IMG/VR virus record: IMGVR_UViG_3300025117_000032
DNA from: a virus
Reading direction: 5' to 3' (one strand)
DNA length: 64,000 nt
Within the stretch, counting starts at the first letter, position 1. The number at the start of each line of letters is the position of its first letter. Positions 1 to 11,254 of the stretch are shown here, in pieces. Under the pieces are notes generated by a model that saw only the letters and a program-made list of their open reading frames with translations, did not search any database and was not told where the DNA came from. The translations under genes were made by a program, and so were the position numbers.

Positions 1-18
1 ATCAAACCAGAATGGAGA

Positions 19-807
19 TCAGCCAATTTGTGGACCCTCATATCCATCTTGCCCTATCATAGTTTCGGTGGGGGTTAAGTCTGCTTTTAGTGGGTTTATC
101 TTTTTGTTTATTTGTAAGGCACCACCACCATCATCTGCTGTTGCATCATATTGAATATAGTTTAAGTTCGATCCAAAATACACCCTTGTGTCAGAGGCAG
201 TTGCCCCCACAGCCATACCAACTCCAACTGTTCCACTAATGCTTACGTTGGCGTTAGCGACAGTGTTTGTCTTTAGTGCTATGGTTCCATCCTGGGCAAT
301 GCTTATAGCGTCTGCGGACGTTCCAAGCAGCAAGGTTCCCCCTGCTGCATTCACTATGACTTCACCATCGGTTATGGTTATTCCAGTATTGGTTCCAGCT
401 ATTAACTCTATCTTGGGGGATGATGCTGTGTTCTTGATCTTTAATACACCAGAGGTTTGGTTGCCATCATCATATTGCATTAAGCCATACCTACTGCCTA
501 AGACAGATCCACTTGTACCAATTTTCATGTGTCCATAGTGACCATCATTCAACCCAGCGCCAAATATGCTAAACTGATTTGCCCCACTGTAATTTGTGAA
601 CGCAGCTACATAGGGAACAGTTGATGTTCTGATATTGATGGTAACACCTGTTGTCAATAGATGGACAAACTTATCGTCTGCTATATTACCAATAATCAAA
701 CCAACACTTTCATCTGTACCAAGTCTGTCAATATAGACATTCTTGCTTGATATAGAATCAGATACCCCTAAGTCACCAAACACCTTTGTTGGTCCAAGCT
801 TTGCCAT
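19..807 (-). CDS. Putative tail fibre/virion structural protein
   Basis: Gly/Thr/Ser-rich beta-strand-like sequence; stop-start coupled to the upstream LamG protein; structural neighbourhood. Confidence 0.4.
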   Translation of the reverse strand: MAKLGPTKVFGDLGVSDSISSKNVYIDRLGTDESVGLIIGNIADDKFVHLLTTGVTINIRTSTVPYVAAFTNYSGANQFSIFGAGLNDGHYGHMKIGTSGSVLGSRYGLMQYDDGNQTSGVLKIKNTASSPKIELIAGTNTGITITDGEVIVNAAGGTLLLGTSADAISIAQDGTIALKTNTVANANVSISGTVGVGMAVGATASDTRVYFGSNLNYIQYDATADDGGGALQINKKINPLKADLTPTETMIGQDGYEGPQIG

Positions 808-3800
808 TATTCCTTTATCCTTCCAGAAGAAAAAATTGTCATATCATTTCGTATAGACATTTGGCTCCTATTTATCTCGTTTAGAATTTTCATTTCTACA
901 GCATCTAGCCTCTTGTCATAGATTCTAAGCTCTCCAATCATACACGAAAAGTTGAATGAAGATGAACCAACGGCAAGGTCGTTATTTAGAATCTTTACCG
1001 TTGTAATTGGTGTGGATAAACTATGCACCTTTGTTTGTTCCAGTTCCCCATCGATCCAAAGGTAAGCATAATCTTGATCCCAAGATATTGCGTAGGTATG
1101 CCAACCAACATATGGTGTATACCCAAGATAATCAAAGGTCGTTGGGTTTGTCTCTGATCCCTCTATCTCTGAAGATAACCATTCATCGCCGGTATCATTG
1201 TCAAAGGCAAACGAAAAGTTGAAATACAATAACCAATCCCCGATACCCATTAGCTTAAAATCATACGTTGATTCACCAGGAACATTGGTGACTATTTCCA
1301 TATCCAAATCTCTCACAGTCATAACCAATGTTCCGCTTAATTGTATGTCAACTGGTAAAGATATTTCATGAACCTGATTCAAAGAGTATGTGCTTAAACC
1401 TATTTGATACTTGTCCCCATACACATACAACCCACTAGCATGATTTCTGCTAACACCCCCATAAGCATACAACCTATGCAACCCGTCGAAATCATCTGTC
1501 ATTGAGCAACCACTAAATCCACTGTCTGCCTTGTTGCCGTCAAATCTAAATAGTCCAATCAATCCATCTATCGGTCCAATTTCATCTATCTCATGGCAAC
1601 GTATTTCCTTGTCAAAAATGTTGAAAGAAATAGCAGACGAAATAGTTAAGTCCTCGTAGTATTCTGTTCCATACACAGACCCAAATTTATCAACGCTTAG
1701 GATGTTTCTGTATTCCTTCACAATGTCATTTATTGGTAACGCTCTTTTCCAAATCTTGATGTTTGATATGTATACCTCTTTGTTGCTTGCAAAATACTCC
1801 CCACTATTAAATATCGGCAACACCCTAATATCATAACTAGGGTTGTTAGTATCCAATGTATAATTGGTTCCAACAAGACCGGCATTAAGTTCCTGCTTTA
1901 TCAAATCTCCATCCCTATATAATCTGTATGCATACGTTCCAAATGTACTAGCAAACTGTATAGTGTATAGGTGCCATACATCTGACACAAAGAAGTTTGT
2001 TGATGAACTAAGTATTGTGAACCCGTCCATAGTCTTTACGCTAAACAATAATCTTCCATCTCCGTTTACAGCATTTGGCCAAACTGAAACCCCAAATATC
2101 TGATCACTTTCTGTGTCACCATTTTTCATGATGCTTGCCACATATCTTTTTGTTCCTGCCACAACTTGTGCCGCTGGGAACTTAGCATAAAATTGTATGG
2201 TCAACTCTGATTTTCCAGACGAGTTGAATGAAAGATAATCATCGGAATATGACAAGGTGTTTACATACCCATCTTCTAGGAATACGTACCCATAATCCAT
2301 TCCAGATAATGCAACATTGGTTTGAGCAGAATACCAATACAAAGTTTGTGTGTCTGCTGCCGGTAGCAAAGCATCATCAACCCATGGTGTAAATTTGAAG
2401 TCCGATACGTTCCTCATAAATTGAGAATTTGAATCGTAGTTCCCACTTGGGTCTATTAACACATTACCATTGTCAAGCACAGCGGTGTCAAATTTGGTTT
2501 CGAATATCTTGAGCTTATTGATATCCCAAATTTCTCGTTCACTCAAAGCACGATTGTATATCCTAAGATCGTCCATTAGAATGTTAGAGTTCAACCCCAA
2601 CACCCTATTGCTATTTCCGCTAAAGTTGTGTGCCCACCCAGACAAAGATTCTGTCTCATACAACTTTGATCCATTACCATAAACTGTTAAGGTGCTGCCA
2701 TTTTTTGTGTAGCACAAGTGATTCCAAGTGTCATTGGCAATTATGTTTGGCACATAAGAAGATTGCCCACCAGGAAATGTAAAGTACAATCCGGTTACAT
2801 CTATGGTATAGCCAAACGTATAAACAATCGTTGTAGAAACATCATCATACTTTCTTAGTAACACCCTGCTTCCAACTAGTAACCTATCTCTAACCCAACA
2901 ACAAAATGTCCAATCTGATCTTGTGTCTGCTTCCAATAACTGATTGGTTTCTCCTGTGTAGTGATTTGTTCCAAACTCAAATGGGTACAACGGATTCTCC
3001 AATACAAGGTATCCACTAGATGATGCACTATAACAACCCCCAATAAGACCCAATGAATTGTACATTGCTCCACCGACAATTGTGGTAATATTTGAATTAC
3101 CCATGGTATCGGCAGACCAGTTATCATCATCAAATCTATACCAATAGCAAAGCCCATCTTCATTAACATACATTGGTGGTCTAGTATATACCGTGCAATA
3201 CCCCTCAAAGATATCAGCAGGATACCCTGGGTTTGTTACAGCAGATTGTTCTAGTGTTACAGCAGAAGCATAAACCGTATACACCATATCTGCCGATTGA
3301 TATTTATGAGTCGATCCACTATAGGTACTTGCCGATGTTATACCAGTATTCCAAGTTATCGTTTCCGAATTTCCATCCCCCCAATTGATGTATGTTGTAA
3401 TTGGTGATGGTCTATCTGAATTCACCTTGGTTGTTGTGAACCTTAGCTCAACATCTTCAACCATAGACCTCACTAATTTTTTGTTCACTAGTGATGATCC
3501 ATCAACTAAGCCAAAGCTCCCATCAAACATCTTTGTGTGCAAGATGTATGTATTAGCTGTGCATGAACCACTGTCCGATGTTGTTACTGTGTTATACACA
3601 TATCCAGACAATGTTACTGCCGAAATCACGTTATCGGTTAGCAGGGATGAATCATAGGTTATCACCTTGGAGAATTCTCTGGCAATCTGCGAACTGTTAT
3701 CTCCTGTATATGAGTTACCAACCCCATCCTTAAAAACAGTTTTGGATGATCCAGAAAGACCTAGTTCATCTTGTTCTGTAAAGACAGGAACATAGCCGCC

Positions 3801-4916
3801 AAGAAATAAGTTATCTGTCCCTGGCCAATACCAGGAATATCCGCTATAGTCAACATCACTTTGCACAACTGAATACGTTGACTTTTTATCTGCTATTGCG
3901 TAGTCAACCCCATCGTAGGTAAGATCTATAAAGTCTGAAAATTCCATGGTTGGAATCCAGCTATAAAAAGTTGACCACGTTGTTGCTGTTCCGGGAAACG
4001 TCCTAAATTTCAAAACATCATTATCGTATCCCCAATAAAGATCACCCAAGTTTCCATCTAGGATGTTTGGTAGGTTAAAGTTTGCCCTTGCGTAGTAGTG
4101 ATACCATATATCGTTATCCTGTAGCTTTGAAAACTTGATCATTATCCCTAGTCTATTGTGACCAGTTGTTCCCAAAAGATTTGTGGTTGAATCCAAATCA
4201 CAAACCGGCCACCTATAGTTGGTAAGCACATTGGCATATGGTAATATTGTTCTCCAATGATGATACCCAGAAGTCTGATCTTGAATTGCCCTTGGCCACC
4301 CATAAAAGTATTCCCATGGATACCCCAAGCCATCATCATAAGCCTGTTGTTCATTAACCCTTAGAAACAACCCTTGGAGGGCAGTTTCAGAAGATAGCCT
4401 AATATCCAAAGAAACAAGATCCCCACTAAATTTGGCAAATAGATCATACCCACTAAACACCGAATCTCCACGACCAGCAAGGTAATGCTGATAATTTGTT
4501 AAGTAGTTCGCGCTATAGGCTGGGTTTCCTGGAAATGACAAATTTATTTCTTGATCAGAAGTTCCTCTGGATGTTTCTCCACTTGCGGCAAATATGGTTG
4601 CAATAATATCGCAAGTATCCCATTTATAGGACGTATCCCCAGGATCTTGTAATATATCGGATGACCCACTATACATGAAAAAAGTAATATCATCACTAAG
4701 ACCTATCCAGACTTCTGCCAAGGCCGTATTTGATCCAGTGTATAAGACACTGTTCACAGAAAAACCAATGAGGTTATTTTCCGTTGAAAATCCGGTTAGG
4801 TTGTAATATCCAGATAAATAGGTTGGGTAATTTAATATCGGAGGAATCGGAAGCTCAAGGGAATTTTGAAAAGCCCCACTTGGATCTCTTGAGTTTGAGG
4901 TTAGTGTTATACCCAT
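807..4916 (-). CDS. Large virion protein with LamG/concanavalin A-like domains and a PKD-like domain
   Basis: Repeated LamG motifs (WNHLCYT..., MDDLRIYNRALS, ISNIKIWKRAL, IGELRIYDKRL); PKD-like INWGDGNSE. Confidence 0.65.
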   Translation of the reverse strand: MGITLTSNSRDPSGAFQNSLELPIPPILNYPTYLSGYYNLTGFSTENNLIGFSVNSVLYTGSNTALAEVWIGLSDDITFFMYSGSSDILQDPGDTSYKWDTCDIIATIFAASGETSRGTSDQEINLSFPGNPAYSANYLTNYQHYLAGRGDSVFSGYDLFAKFSGDLVSLDIRLSSETALQGLFLRVNEQQAYDDGLGYPWEYFYGWPRAIQDQTSGYHHWRTILPYANVLTNYRWPVCDLDSTTNLLGTTGHNRLGIMIKFSKLQDNDIWYHYYARANFNLPNILDGNLGDLYWGYDNDVLKFRTFPGTATTWSTFYSWIPTMEFSDFIDLTYDGVDYAIADKKSTYSVVQSDVDYSGYSWYWPGTDNLFLGGYVPVFTEQDELGLSGSSKTVFKDGVGNSYTGDNSSQIAREFSKVITYDSSLLTDNVISAVTLSGYVYNTVTTSDSGSCTANTYILHTKMFDGSFGLVDGSSLVNKKLVRSMVEDVELRFTTTKVNSDRPSPITTYINWGDGNSETITWNTGITSASTYSGSTHKYQSADMVYTVYASAVTLEQSAVTNPGYPADIFEGYCTVYTRPPMYVNEDGLCYWYRFDDDNWSADTMGNSNITTIVGGAMYNSLGLIGGCYSASSSGYLVLENPLYPFEFGTNHYTGETNQLLEADTRSDWTFCCWVRDRLLVGSRVLLRKYDDVSTTIVYTFGYTIDVTGLYFTFPGGQSSYVPNIIANDTWNHLCYTKNGSTLTVYGNGSKLYETESLSGWAHNFSGNSNRVLGLNSNILMDDLRIYNRALSEREIWDINKLKIFETKFDTAVLDNGNVLIDPSGNYDSNSQFMRNVSDFKFTPWVDDALLPAADTQTLYWYSAQTNVALSGMDYGYVFLEDGYVNTLSYSDDYLSFNSSGKSELTIQFYAKFPAAQVVAGTKRYVASIMKNGDTESDQIFGVSVWPNAVNGDGRLLFSVKTMDGFTILSSSTNFFVSDVWHLYTIQFASTFGTYAYRLYRDGDLIKQELNAGLVGTNYTLDTNNPSYDIRVLPIFNSGEYFASNKEVYISNIKIWKRALPINDIVKEYRNILSVDKFGSVYGTEYYEDLTISSAISFNIFDKEIRCHEIDEIGPIDGLIGLFRFDGNKADSGFSGCSMTDDFDGLHRLYAYGGVSRNHASGLYVYGDKYQIGLSTYSLNQVHEISLPVDIQLSGTLVMTVRDLDMEIVTNVPGESTYDFKLMGIGDWLLYFNFSFAFDNDTGDEWLSSEIEGSETNPTTFDYLGYTPYVGWHTYAISWDQDYAYLWIDGELEQTKVHSLSTPITTVKILNNDLAVGSSSFNFSCMIGELRIYDKRLDAVEMKILNEINRSQMSIRNDMTIFSSGRIKE

Positions 4917-4922
4917 GTTTCT

Positions 4923-5534
4923 CTATCCGATGTATGCTATATCAAGAGAATTCGTAACAGCATTGAACTTGATATCATACTTGTCAACATTGCTAGAATT
5001 TTTGTATGTGACGGTTGCCACCCTTACTTCATTTGCAAAAGAATAATCTGGGTCTGGAAACTCTCCACCATATATCTGGTCGGCAAGGTGGGTGTGGGTG
5101 CCCAACAAGTCTTGTATATCTTCGACCAGGCCATTGATTGCTTCAATGGCTTCCAATATTTCTGTTGGGTCATATTTTTGTCCCCAAATTAAACTCCCAA
5201 CATCGCCATTGTATTCAAGGATGCTACCATCAACTGGGTTATTTGTAACAATACCCAGAAAGCTTTCTGTAGAAATATCTAACGCCTCTTCTGAAAATTG
5301 GACAACTTGAGTTGTAACATTTGGTTGCGGAGAGGTTTGATCAATGGGAGAAACTTGTTGGGGGATTGTGATTGATTCTAGTTGGGAGTCTATGTAAGCC
5401 CGTAACGATTCTTCTGTTTCTGGGGAGGCAAAACTTTCCTGTTGTAATTCCACCCCAGAAACTATTTTTTCCATGAGCGTTATTTGGATACCGTTGATTG
5501 TCTTTCGTCTTTTTTTAACTGTTATCATATTCAA
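4923..5534 (-). CDS. Hypothetical virion/tail fibre-associated protein
   Basis: HTHLADQI fibre-type motif; C-terminal IKFNAVTNSLDI; ATGA coupling to neighbour. Confidence 0.4.
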   Translation of the reverse strand: MNMITVKKRRKTINGIQITLMEKIVSGVELQQESFASPETEESLRAYIDSQLESITIPQQVSPIDQTSPQPNVTTQVVQFSEEALDISTESFLGIVTNNPVDGSILEYNGDVGSLIWGQKYDPTEILEAIEAINGLVEDIQDLLGTHTHLADQIYGGEFPDPDYSFANEVRVATVTYKNSSNVDKYDIKFNAVTNSLDIAYIG

Positions 5535-6187
5535 TCAAACCCTATCGCCCAATACCTACATTTGGTGTTTGTTTCAAAATTGCACAAGTCACCATCAATA
5601 TCAATGTATGCCGATCCATTTTTCATTTTGTCCTTATCGTCGAATGTGTCAAAGATACAATATTTAACCCAATCCACATCTCTCATAAATTGTTCTATTG
5701 TGTTTTCCTTATCCAACCTATGGGTTGGTATATCAAAAGTTGTCTCTGGATTGAAGTCAAACATAATTTGGTCTAGCTTTCCAATGTCGTTTTTGACATA
5801 CACATCATACACACCCCTTGGGAGATAGATTTGATACCTACCATTCCCCCCTAATTTGGTGGCGAACTGTTCTTCGGAAGATCTTTTAATGAATACTATT
5901 TCTGTTCCAACACTGTAGTTTTGAAAAAAACCAGTTGTCTTTACTCTATAAATACTTTGGGCACCTGGATTATTGAGAGTTATTTTCACCTTTATACCAG
6001 TGGATGGCTTGTTAATGGTGGTTTTTTCGTTCATTGTGGAAGTGGTCTGATATGACTTTCCAGCATCAAAACTAACCTTGATTTGCACACCTTCGTCTGC
6101 ATCACTGTCAACTATGATGTTGTTGATCCAACCTATTTCAAATGGAGAAAGATCATACACAATTGATTCATATTCAACCATAAACAC
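5531..6187 (-). CDS. Hypothetical protein
   Basis: 218-aa ORF in the co-oriented gene run. Confidence 0.55.
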   Translation of the reverse strand: MFMVEYESIVYDLSPFEIGWINNIIVDSDADEGVQIKVSFDAGKSYQTTSTMNEKTTINKPSTGIKVKITLNNPGAQSIYRVKTTGFFQNYSVGTEIVFIKRSSEEQFATKLGGNGRYQIYLPRGVYDVYVKNDIGKLDQIMFDFNPETTFDIPTHRLDKENTIEQFMRDVDWVKYCIFDTFDDKDKMKNGSAYIDIDGDLCNFETNTKCRYWAIGFD

Positions 6188-6201
6188 CAGCCTTTGTATA
6201 T

Positions 6202-9200
6202 CTAAATATTCCTTACAGCATCATTTATGTAAGAAACACCCCCCTTCTTTTCGACATTAATGACCCATTGCGCGACATCTTTCAGGGCATCAATGTGAGT
6301 TATGATGATAATGTTTTTGAATGCCCCCCTAACATTGTCAAAGAACTTTGCTACGTTGTATAGGTTGGTTGAATCTAAGACACCGAAACCTTCATCTATT
6401 ATCCAGACACTAGGTTTGTTCAAGCTGCTTATTGAAAGCAGGGCATACCTAATTGCCATATTTATCAGTAGCTTTTCCATACCGCTGCCCATTTGTGCTG
6501 GTCTTGTGTCATCTATATCGTACTTCATAACAACTTCAACATCTGTTGAATCATCTTCCATTGTTAGGAACACCCCAAAATCAACCACACTAGACAAGAC
6601 AACATTGATCTCATGGTTGATAACTGAAAGGTGCCCCCTAAGAAGCATAGCTGGAATTGCATCCTTGTGTAATGCCCTTATGTACTCACCAAGTAACTTT
6701 GCCCCCCTGCTTTTTTCTTCATAGATGGATAGATCCCTCTCTAGCTTTTCAAGGCTGGCCTCTACTATAGCCACACTCCTTTCCGTATCAACAATCCTAG
6801 TGTTCACCAAATTTAAGCTCTTCTTAAGTTCCTTAATTTGTAGTTCATACCCCTCTATCTGTTTTTTCAACTCAACATTTTTGTCTAACGCCAACCTATT
6901 TTCTTCTGCTACTGCCAACTGATTTTTAACTAACTTCAACGAGAATTGCTTAGACTCAATCAACCCAATCGTATTTTCTATGTCTCGTTTTATTTTGGTA
7001 AGGGAACTAGTAAACTTTTGCACTTCCTCAAGCTTCTTATCATTGTCATCTATTTCAGTTACTACATATCCAAGAGAAGATATTTCATCCTCTATTGTTT
7101 TCTTTTGCCCAACCTTCTTTTCAACAGTAGAAAGTAATACTAGGCAATCACCCTTTCTTTGCTCATGCCCAGCTAAGTATGGACAAGTAGAGTGTTTGGG
7201 GTCATATGCAACAGGGCACTCATCATCTTTGGATAAATCCCCACGGTATAGGTTAAGCAACCTTTTGTCTGATTCGATGTTCTTAACCAAATCGTCCCCA
7301 CTTATTTTCAATTTATCGTGAGTTGCTTTCTTTTCATAAAGGGTCCGTAGTGCATCCTCACTAAGCAAAGATGCTTCAACTTTTTCAGCATCACCCTTTA
7401 ACTTTCTTGCGTCCTCAACCAATTTTTTTTGAGTGGTATCAAGAGAAGATATTTCCCCCTCCAGCTTAACCTTGTCTTTTTCTATATCCTCATGACTACG
7501 GTTCAATTTGATTGAGCTATTTATCTGGGATTTGTTGTCACCAATCTTTTCCTGATTGGCTTCTATGTCCAGGCTAATACTGTTCACCCTAATTTTTAAC
7601 TCGGACAATTCAGTTTTCTTCTCTTTCAAATCGTCCCTTGTTGTGTTGACTAGTTCCAACCCCCCGTTTAAATTCAGTCCTTTCATCTCATAGTCCACGG
7701 TCTTAAGCATATCCTTTGCCACATCATGCTTCCTACTATAGATATCTAGGCCAAGGAACCTAAGCATGTTTTCTGATTTCATGGTTGGGCCTTGGTTTAT
7801 GAATTCGTTATTCTTTGACTGCGAAGATAAAGACGTTATCACAAAATCATCGAAGCTTCCAATAGCATTACGAATGATCTTTTCTGTCTTTGGCCTTTGG
7901 TCTTCCTTCAAGTCTTCCCATTTACCATCACTTGATTTCCTCTTAAAATCAACATCTGTTTTGGCATTTATAAACTCCCCCGTCTTCTTATATTTTCTAG
8001 TTGTGGATCTAGTAATTTGGTAGTCATCTCCACCTATGGTAATGTCCAAATCCACTTGACAAGTTGGATTGCTTGTGTACTTGTTTACCAAGTTCTCATT
8101 CTTGATGTTCCTAGTTGTCTTGTTGAACAAGGCATACATTATAGCATCAATGATAACAGATTTTCCAGAAGCATTGAGCCCAAACAAACCAACTATTCCA
8201 ACCATATTCTCAAAGTCAATCTCTACTGGACTTCCATATGACATGAAGTTTTCGATCCGCATTTTTTTCAGATCCCAAGTTGAATTTGAAAAATCCTCTA
8301 GGTTGGTAGACAGACCATCCGTAATCTGCTTATCCAACTCCAATATTTTTTCAATATCATCTGATTCAAGCTTACCATCAAACCATCTCTTTAGGGTTGA
8401 TCTTTGTACATTTGGATCGGAAAGATTTTCTCCCTCAATATGGATGGTCTTCATTTTTCCAGCAACAGGAACATAGGCTAGTTGGATACTTTGTGGGTTG
8501 TACTTGTCCCGTATCAATCCACTTACTCTAAGAATCTCCAACCTAGAAACATTCTCTTCCCATATGATTCTAATCTTACACTTGCTAGGAAGCTTATCCG
8601 GTAAAGACTCAATTTCATTGGCATGAATTGTCACAAGGCCACAATCGTTTTTGACACTCATAAAGTTGCAGGTAAAGCTTTTGTCCTCTTTGATATCCCA
8701 CAACAGGAAACCCTTTTCCAGTTCTTCCCCAAAATCCTGTTGTATCAAGGAACCACAAAATGCTGCTGTTTCATTGCTTCTCAAAAATTGCCTATGGTGA
8801 ATGTCCCCAAGCATAACGAAATCAAACTCATTGAATGTTCTAATAGAGGTTGAAGCATCTTCAAAAATGTAACCATTCTCTAGCTTGCACCCAACAACTG
8901 GCCCATGAAACAAAGCTATGTAGACATGGCCATCTTCCTTATCACTCTTTTTTAAGTTGATTGTCTTGCCGTCCAAAATGCTGTAGACCCCATAGTGAAA
9001 TTTGCTGTCTCCCACTTGATATAGTCCCGTTGCTTTGTAGTAATTGATTCCGTTTCCAGTGTTGTCTATGGTTTCCACAATAGGAGATAGAGCATCAAGC
9101 CTATCTTTGTTTGAAGTGTTAACATCATGGTTCCCAGCAATCAAATCAATTGGAGCTATCTTTTCTAGGTGCCTCAAAAACCATCTAGTAACAACGATCA

Positions 9201-9366
9201 ATTCAGGAGACATTGTTATTTTTGAGTGAACAATATCACCTGTTAGTAGTATTCTATCCGGCTTGATTTCTCCTAATATCTTGAACAGTTCCTTGAATAC
9301 TTCAATGTACTCTTCTTGTCTGTCTTTCAAGCGTATGTGTATATCACTTATATGGCAAATTTTCAC
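6202..9366 (-). CDS. Fused SbcD/Mre11 nuclease-SbcC/Rad50 ATPase (T4 gp47-gp46-like)
   Basis: N-terminal HISDIH, GD, GNHD, LFHG, LGDIH phosphoesterase motifs; Walker A GLNASGKS; long coiled coil; signature GSGME; Walker B IIDEGFGVLD; H-loop ITH. Confidence 0.9.
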   Translation of the reverse strand: MKICHISDIHIRLKDRQEEYIEVFKELFKILGEIKPDRILLTGDIVHSKITMSPELIVVTRWFLRHLEKIAPIDLIAGNHDVNTSNKDRLDALSPIVETIDNTGNGINYYKATGLYQVGDSKFHYGVYSILDGKTINLKKSDKEDGHVYIALFHGPVVGCKLENGYIFEDASTSIRTFNEFDFVMLGDIHHRQFLRSNETAAFCGSLIQQDFGEELEKGFLLWDIKEDKSFTCNFMSVKNDCGLVTIHANEIESLPDKLPSKCKIRIIWEENVSRLEILRVSGLIRDKYNPQSIQLAYVPVAGKMKTIHIEGENLSDPNVQRSTLKRWFDGKLESDDIEKILELDKQITDGLSTNLEDFSNSTWDLKKMRIENFMSYGSPVEIDFENMVGIVGLFGLNASGKSVIIDAIMYALFNKTTRNIKNENLVNKYTSNPTCQVDLDITIGGDDYQITRSTTRKYKKTGEFINAKTDVDFKRKSSDGKWEDLKEDQRPKTEKIIRNAIGSFDDFVITSLSSQSKNNEFINQGPTMKSENMLRFLGLDIYSRKHDVAKDMLKTVDYEMKGLNLNGGLELVNTTRDDLKEKKTELSELKIRVNSISLDIEANQEKIGDNKSQINSSIKLNRSHEDIEKDKVKLEGEISSLDTTQKKLVEDARKLKGDAEKVEASLLSEDALRTLYEKKATHDKLKISGDDLVKNIESDKRLLNLYRGDLSKDDECPVAYDPKHSTCPYLAGHEQRKGDCLVLLSTVEKKVGQKKTIEDEISSLGYVVTEIDDNDKKLEEVQKFTSSLTKIKRDIENTIGLIESKQFSLKLVKNQLAVAEENRLALDKNVELKKQIEGYELQIKELKKSLNLVNTRIVDTERSVAIVEASLEKLERDLSIYEEKSRGAKLLGEYIRALHKDAIPAMLLRGHLSVINHEINVVLSSVVDFGVFLTMEDDSTDVEVVMKYDIDDTRPAQMGSGMEKLLINMAIRYALLSISSLNKPSVWIIDEGFGVLDSTNLYNVAKFFDNVRGAFKNIIIITHIDALKDVAQWVINVEKKGGVSYINDAVRNI

Positions 9367-9373
9367 TCGTAAC

Positions 9374-10321
9374 TTACCTCATCATTAAAGATTTTATTGC
9401 TAGATCCATCTCATCATACTTCTTAGCACCCCTGATTAGAGATATCAGGTAGTCCTTTCCTTTCATTTGATATGCTTTCGCTAGATCATTATACTCGTTT
9501 TCTGGTAACAAGTAAAGAGTAATACCCAAACTTTCCAAATATTTTCCGACTTTTTTCTTTCCGCGAAGTCCTGTTTTGTCTTCATCGAACCCTATTATAA
9601 TTGGGGTTCTGTTTGCAACTATGGTCTTGATGAGCTTGGTGTTCCCCTCTATTTTTGAACCCAAAATCGGCACGGAGTTTGGCAACACTATGGCATCAAA
9701 CACACCTTCAGTTAAGATCACTGGTTTTTTCCAATCGATAAATTTCTCCCCAAAGATTATCTCTGATTTTCTTAGGGGTGGATTTTTGTACTTGTATCTA
9801 TCCGTATCATAGAAATCTCTGGCAACAAAGTATTCCACCTTTCCGTCTAATCTTTTAGATGGGATGATCACCCTATTGCTGTATGGTCCATCTTCTGCAT
9901 AACAGATATCCCACTTGGCAATCAACAAGGGGTCTATCTTCCTAGTTGCAAGATACCTCTTTGCAGCATAAAAATCCAAACTGTCCTTCCATTCATGTTT
10001 CATCGAACGAAAAGACCCTATTGATATTGGTTCCACTTTGGAATTTTGCTTGGATATCTGAATGCGACTGTTTGAAACAATCGTTTCATATAGTCTTCTT
10101 TGCGGAATCGTTCCAAACTCTTTTACAATCTTGTCAATGGTTCCACGATACTCACACGCCCAACATTGGAATTTCTTCTTGTCTGTGTTGACAGCCAAAT
10201 TGAATTTGTTGTTTCTGCAACTAGGGCAGTTGAACTCAAGCTCAACTAGGCCATGAGTATACCTCTTGGGAAACCCAAGTATCTCCGATAGAAGGTCAAC
10301 CAACTGTTTGTTATAATACAC
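9374..10321 (-). CDS. DNA primase (zinc finger + TOPRIM)
   Basis: CPSC...CWAC zinc finger; RYKYKNP; LTEGVFDA; FDED TOPRIM motif. Confidence 0.85.
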   Translation of the reverse strand: MYYNKQLVDLLSEILGFPKRYTHGLVELEFNCPSCRNNKFNLAVNTDKKKFQCWACEYRGTIDKIVKEFGTIPQRRLYETIVSNSRIQISKQNSKVEPISIGSFRSMKHEWKDSLDFYAAKRYLATRKIDPLLIAKWDICYAEDGPYSNRVIIPSKRLDGKVEYFVARDFYDTDRYKYKNPPLRKSEIIFGEKFIDWKKPVILTEGVFDAIVLPNSVPILGSKIEGNTKLIKTIVANRTPIIIGFDEDKTGLRGKKKVGKYLESLGITLYLLPENEYNDLAKAYQMKGKDYLISLIRGAKKYDEMDLAIKSLMMR

Positions 10322-10328
10322 AAGAACC

Positions 10329-10886
10329 TCATTGCTGTTTGTTCAATGAAATAACATGACATTTTGCAATAACCAAGCTATCGGCAAGATCATACATTTC
10401 ATCCTTCATTTGCGGACTGCCATCTGGCTTGATTGCTTTTGGTTTGTATAGCCAATCTATTTGTGGGTACTCCATCGCAACCCTGTTTCGCACTATCTCT
10501 TTTCTGTTTGATCCAACTGGAAACTTCATATCTGGAAAGGCTAGTTTCCTAGCTGTAGAAACATTGTACATGAAGGGAACTTGATTGTAAAGAGTAAAAG
10601 CTAATAATTGCCCCATACCATTAAATTGAGATAACAGAGACAGCACTTGAGCCCTAGAAAAACCCTCCTTGAACATAACAAGAGGTTCCTCAATGGCAAC
10701 CCCATTTATCAATCCAACATATGGTTCAAGTTGTTCTTTTAGGGCAACTGTTTTTTGAACAAGCCCCTTTATCTGCTTGAGTGAAACGTAACCAGTATCA
10801 TGTAATTGGAGTTCTCTATCCAGAATAGTGTAACCAACAACCGATGTACTTATATCCAAACCTAAAATTAGTTCCTTTTTCATCAT
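10329..10886 (-). CDS. RuvC-like Holliday junction resolvase
   Basis: ILGLDISTSVVGY, AIEEP, DLADSLVIA RNase H-fold acidic residues. Confidence 0.75.
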   Translation of the reverse strand: MMKKELILGLDISTSVVGYTILDRELQLHDTGYVSLKQIKGLVQKTVALKEQLEPYVGLINGVAIEEPLVMFKEGFSRAQVLSLLSQFNGMGQLLAFTLYNQVPFMYNVSTARKLAFPDMKFPVGSNRKEIVRNRVAMEYPQIDWLYKPKAIKPDGSPQMKDEMYDLADSLVIAKCHVISLNKQQ

Positions 10887-10999
10887 AACCCCCTAAATCT
10901 TCGTTAGAATCGTCCTTGTCTTGATGGACACCCATCATCGTGCTTTGAATTTAAATTGAACCTGGGTCAATCTGGTAATCCTAGAAGCAATTGACCACA

Positions 11000-11245
11000 C
11001 TACACTTCCCCATCTGTTTCTGCATCAATTTCATCCAATAATTTTTCAATTGATTCATCAAAATTATCAGATATTTCCTCAAGTTTTTTGAAGTGTTGGT
11101 TATTTTTACTGTATTGTTTAATTAAATCAAAATACTCGTTATGCAAACTAGCAAACTTCCTAATAAGATTGTGTGCCTTGTCTTTAAGTTTACTTTCCTC
11201 AATGATGGTTTCCTTTATGATTTTCCTTAATTCAGATTTTTTCAT
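11000..11245 (-). CDS. Small acidic/coiled protein with MKKSELRKIIKE leader (possible internal head protein)
   Basis: SD (AGGAG) before ATG; N-terminal motif shared with 60626..61021 and 62896..63072. Confidence 0.5.
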   Translation of the reverse strand: MKKSELRKIIKETIIEESKLKDKAHNLIRKFASLHNEYFDLIKQYSKNNQHFKKLEEISDNFDESIEKLLDEIDAETDGEV

Positions 11246-11254
11246 GAAATTCTC

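Noticed and set aside
10990-11005. GTG-TAG-T-GTG at the end of the 81-aa gene as another bypass site
   Set aside because: Landing leads only to 4 or about 20 residues with no recognisable domain; probably chance.
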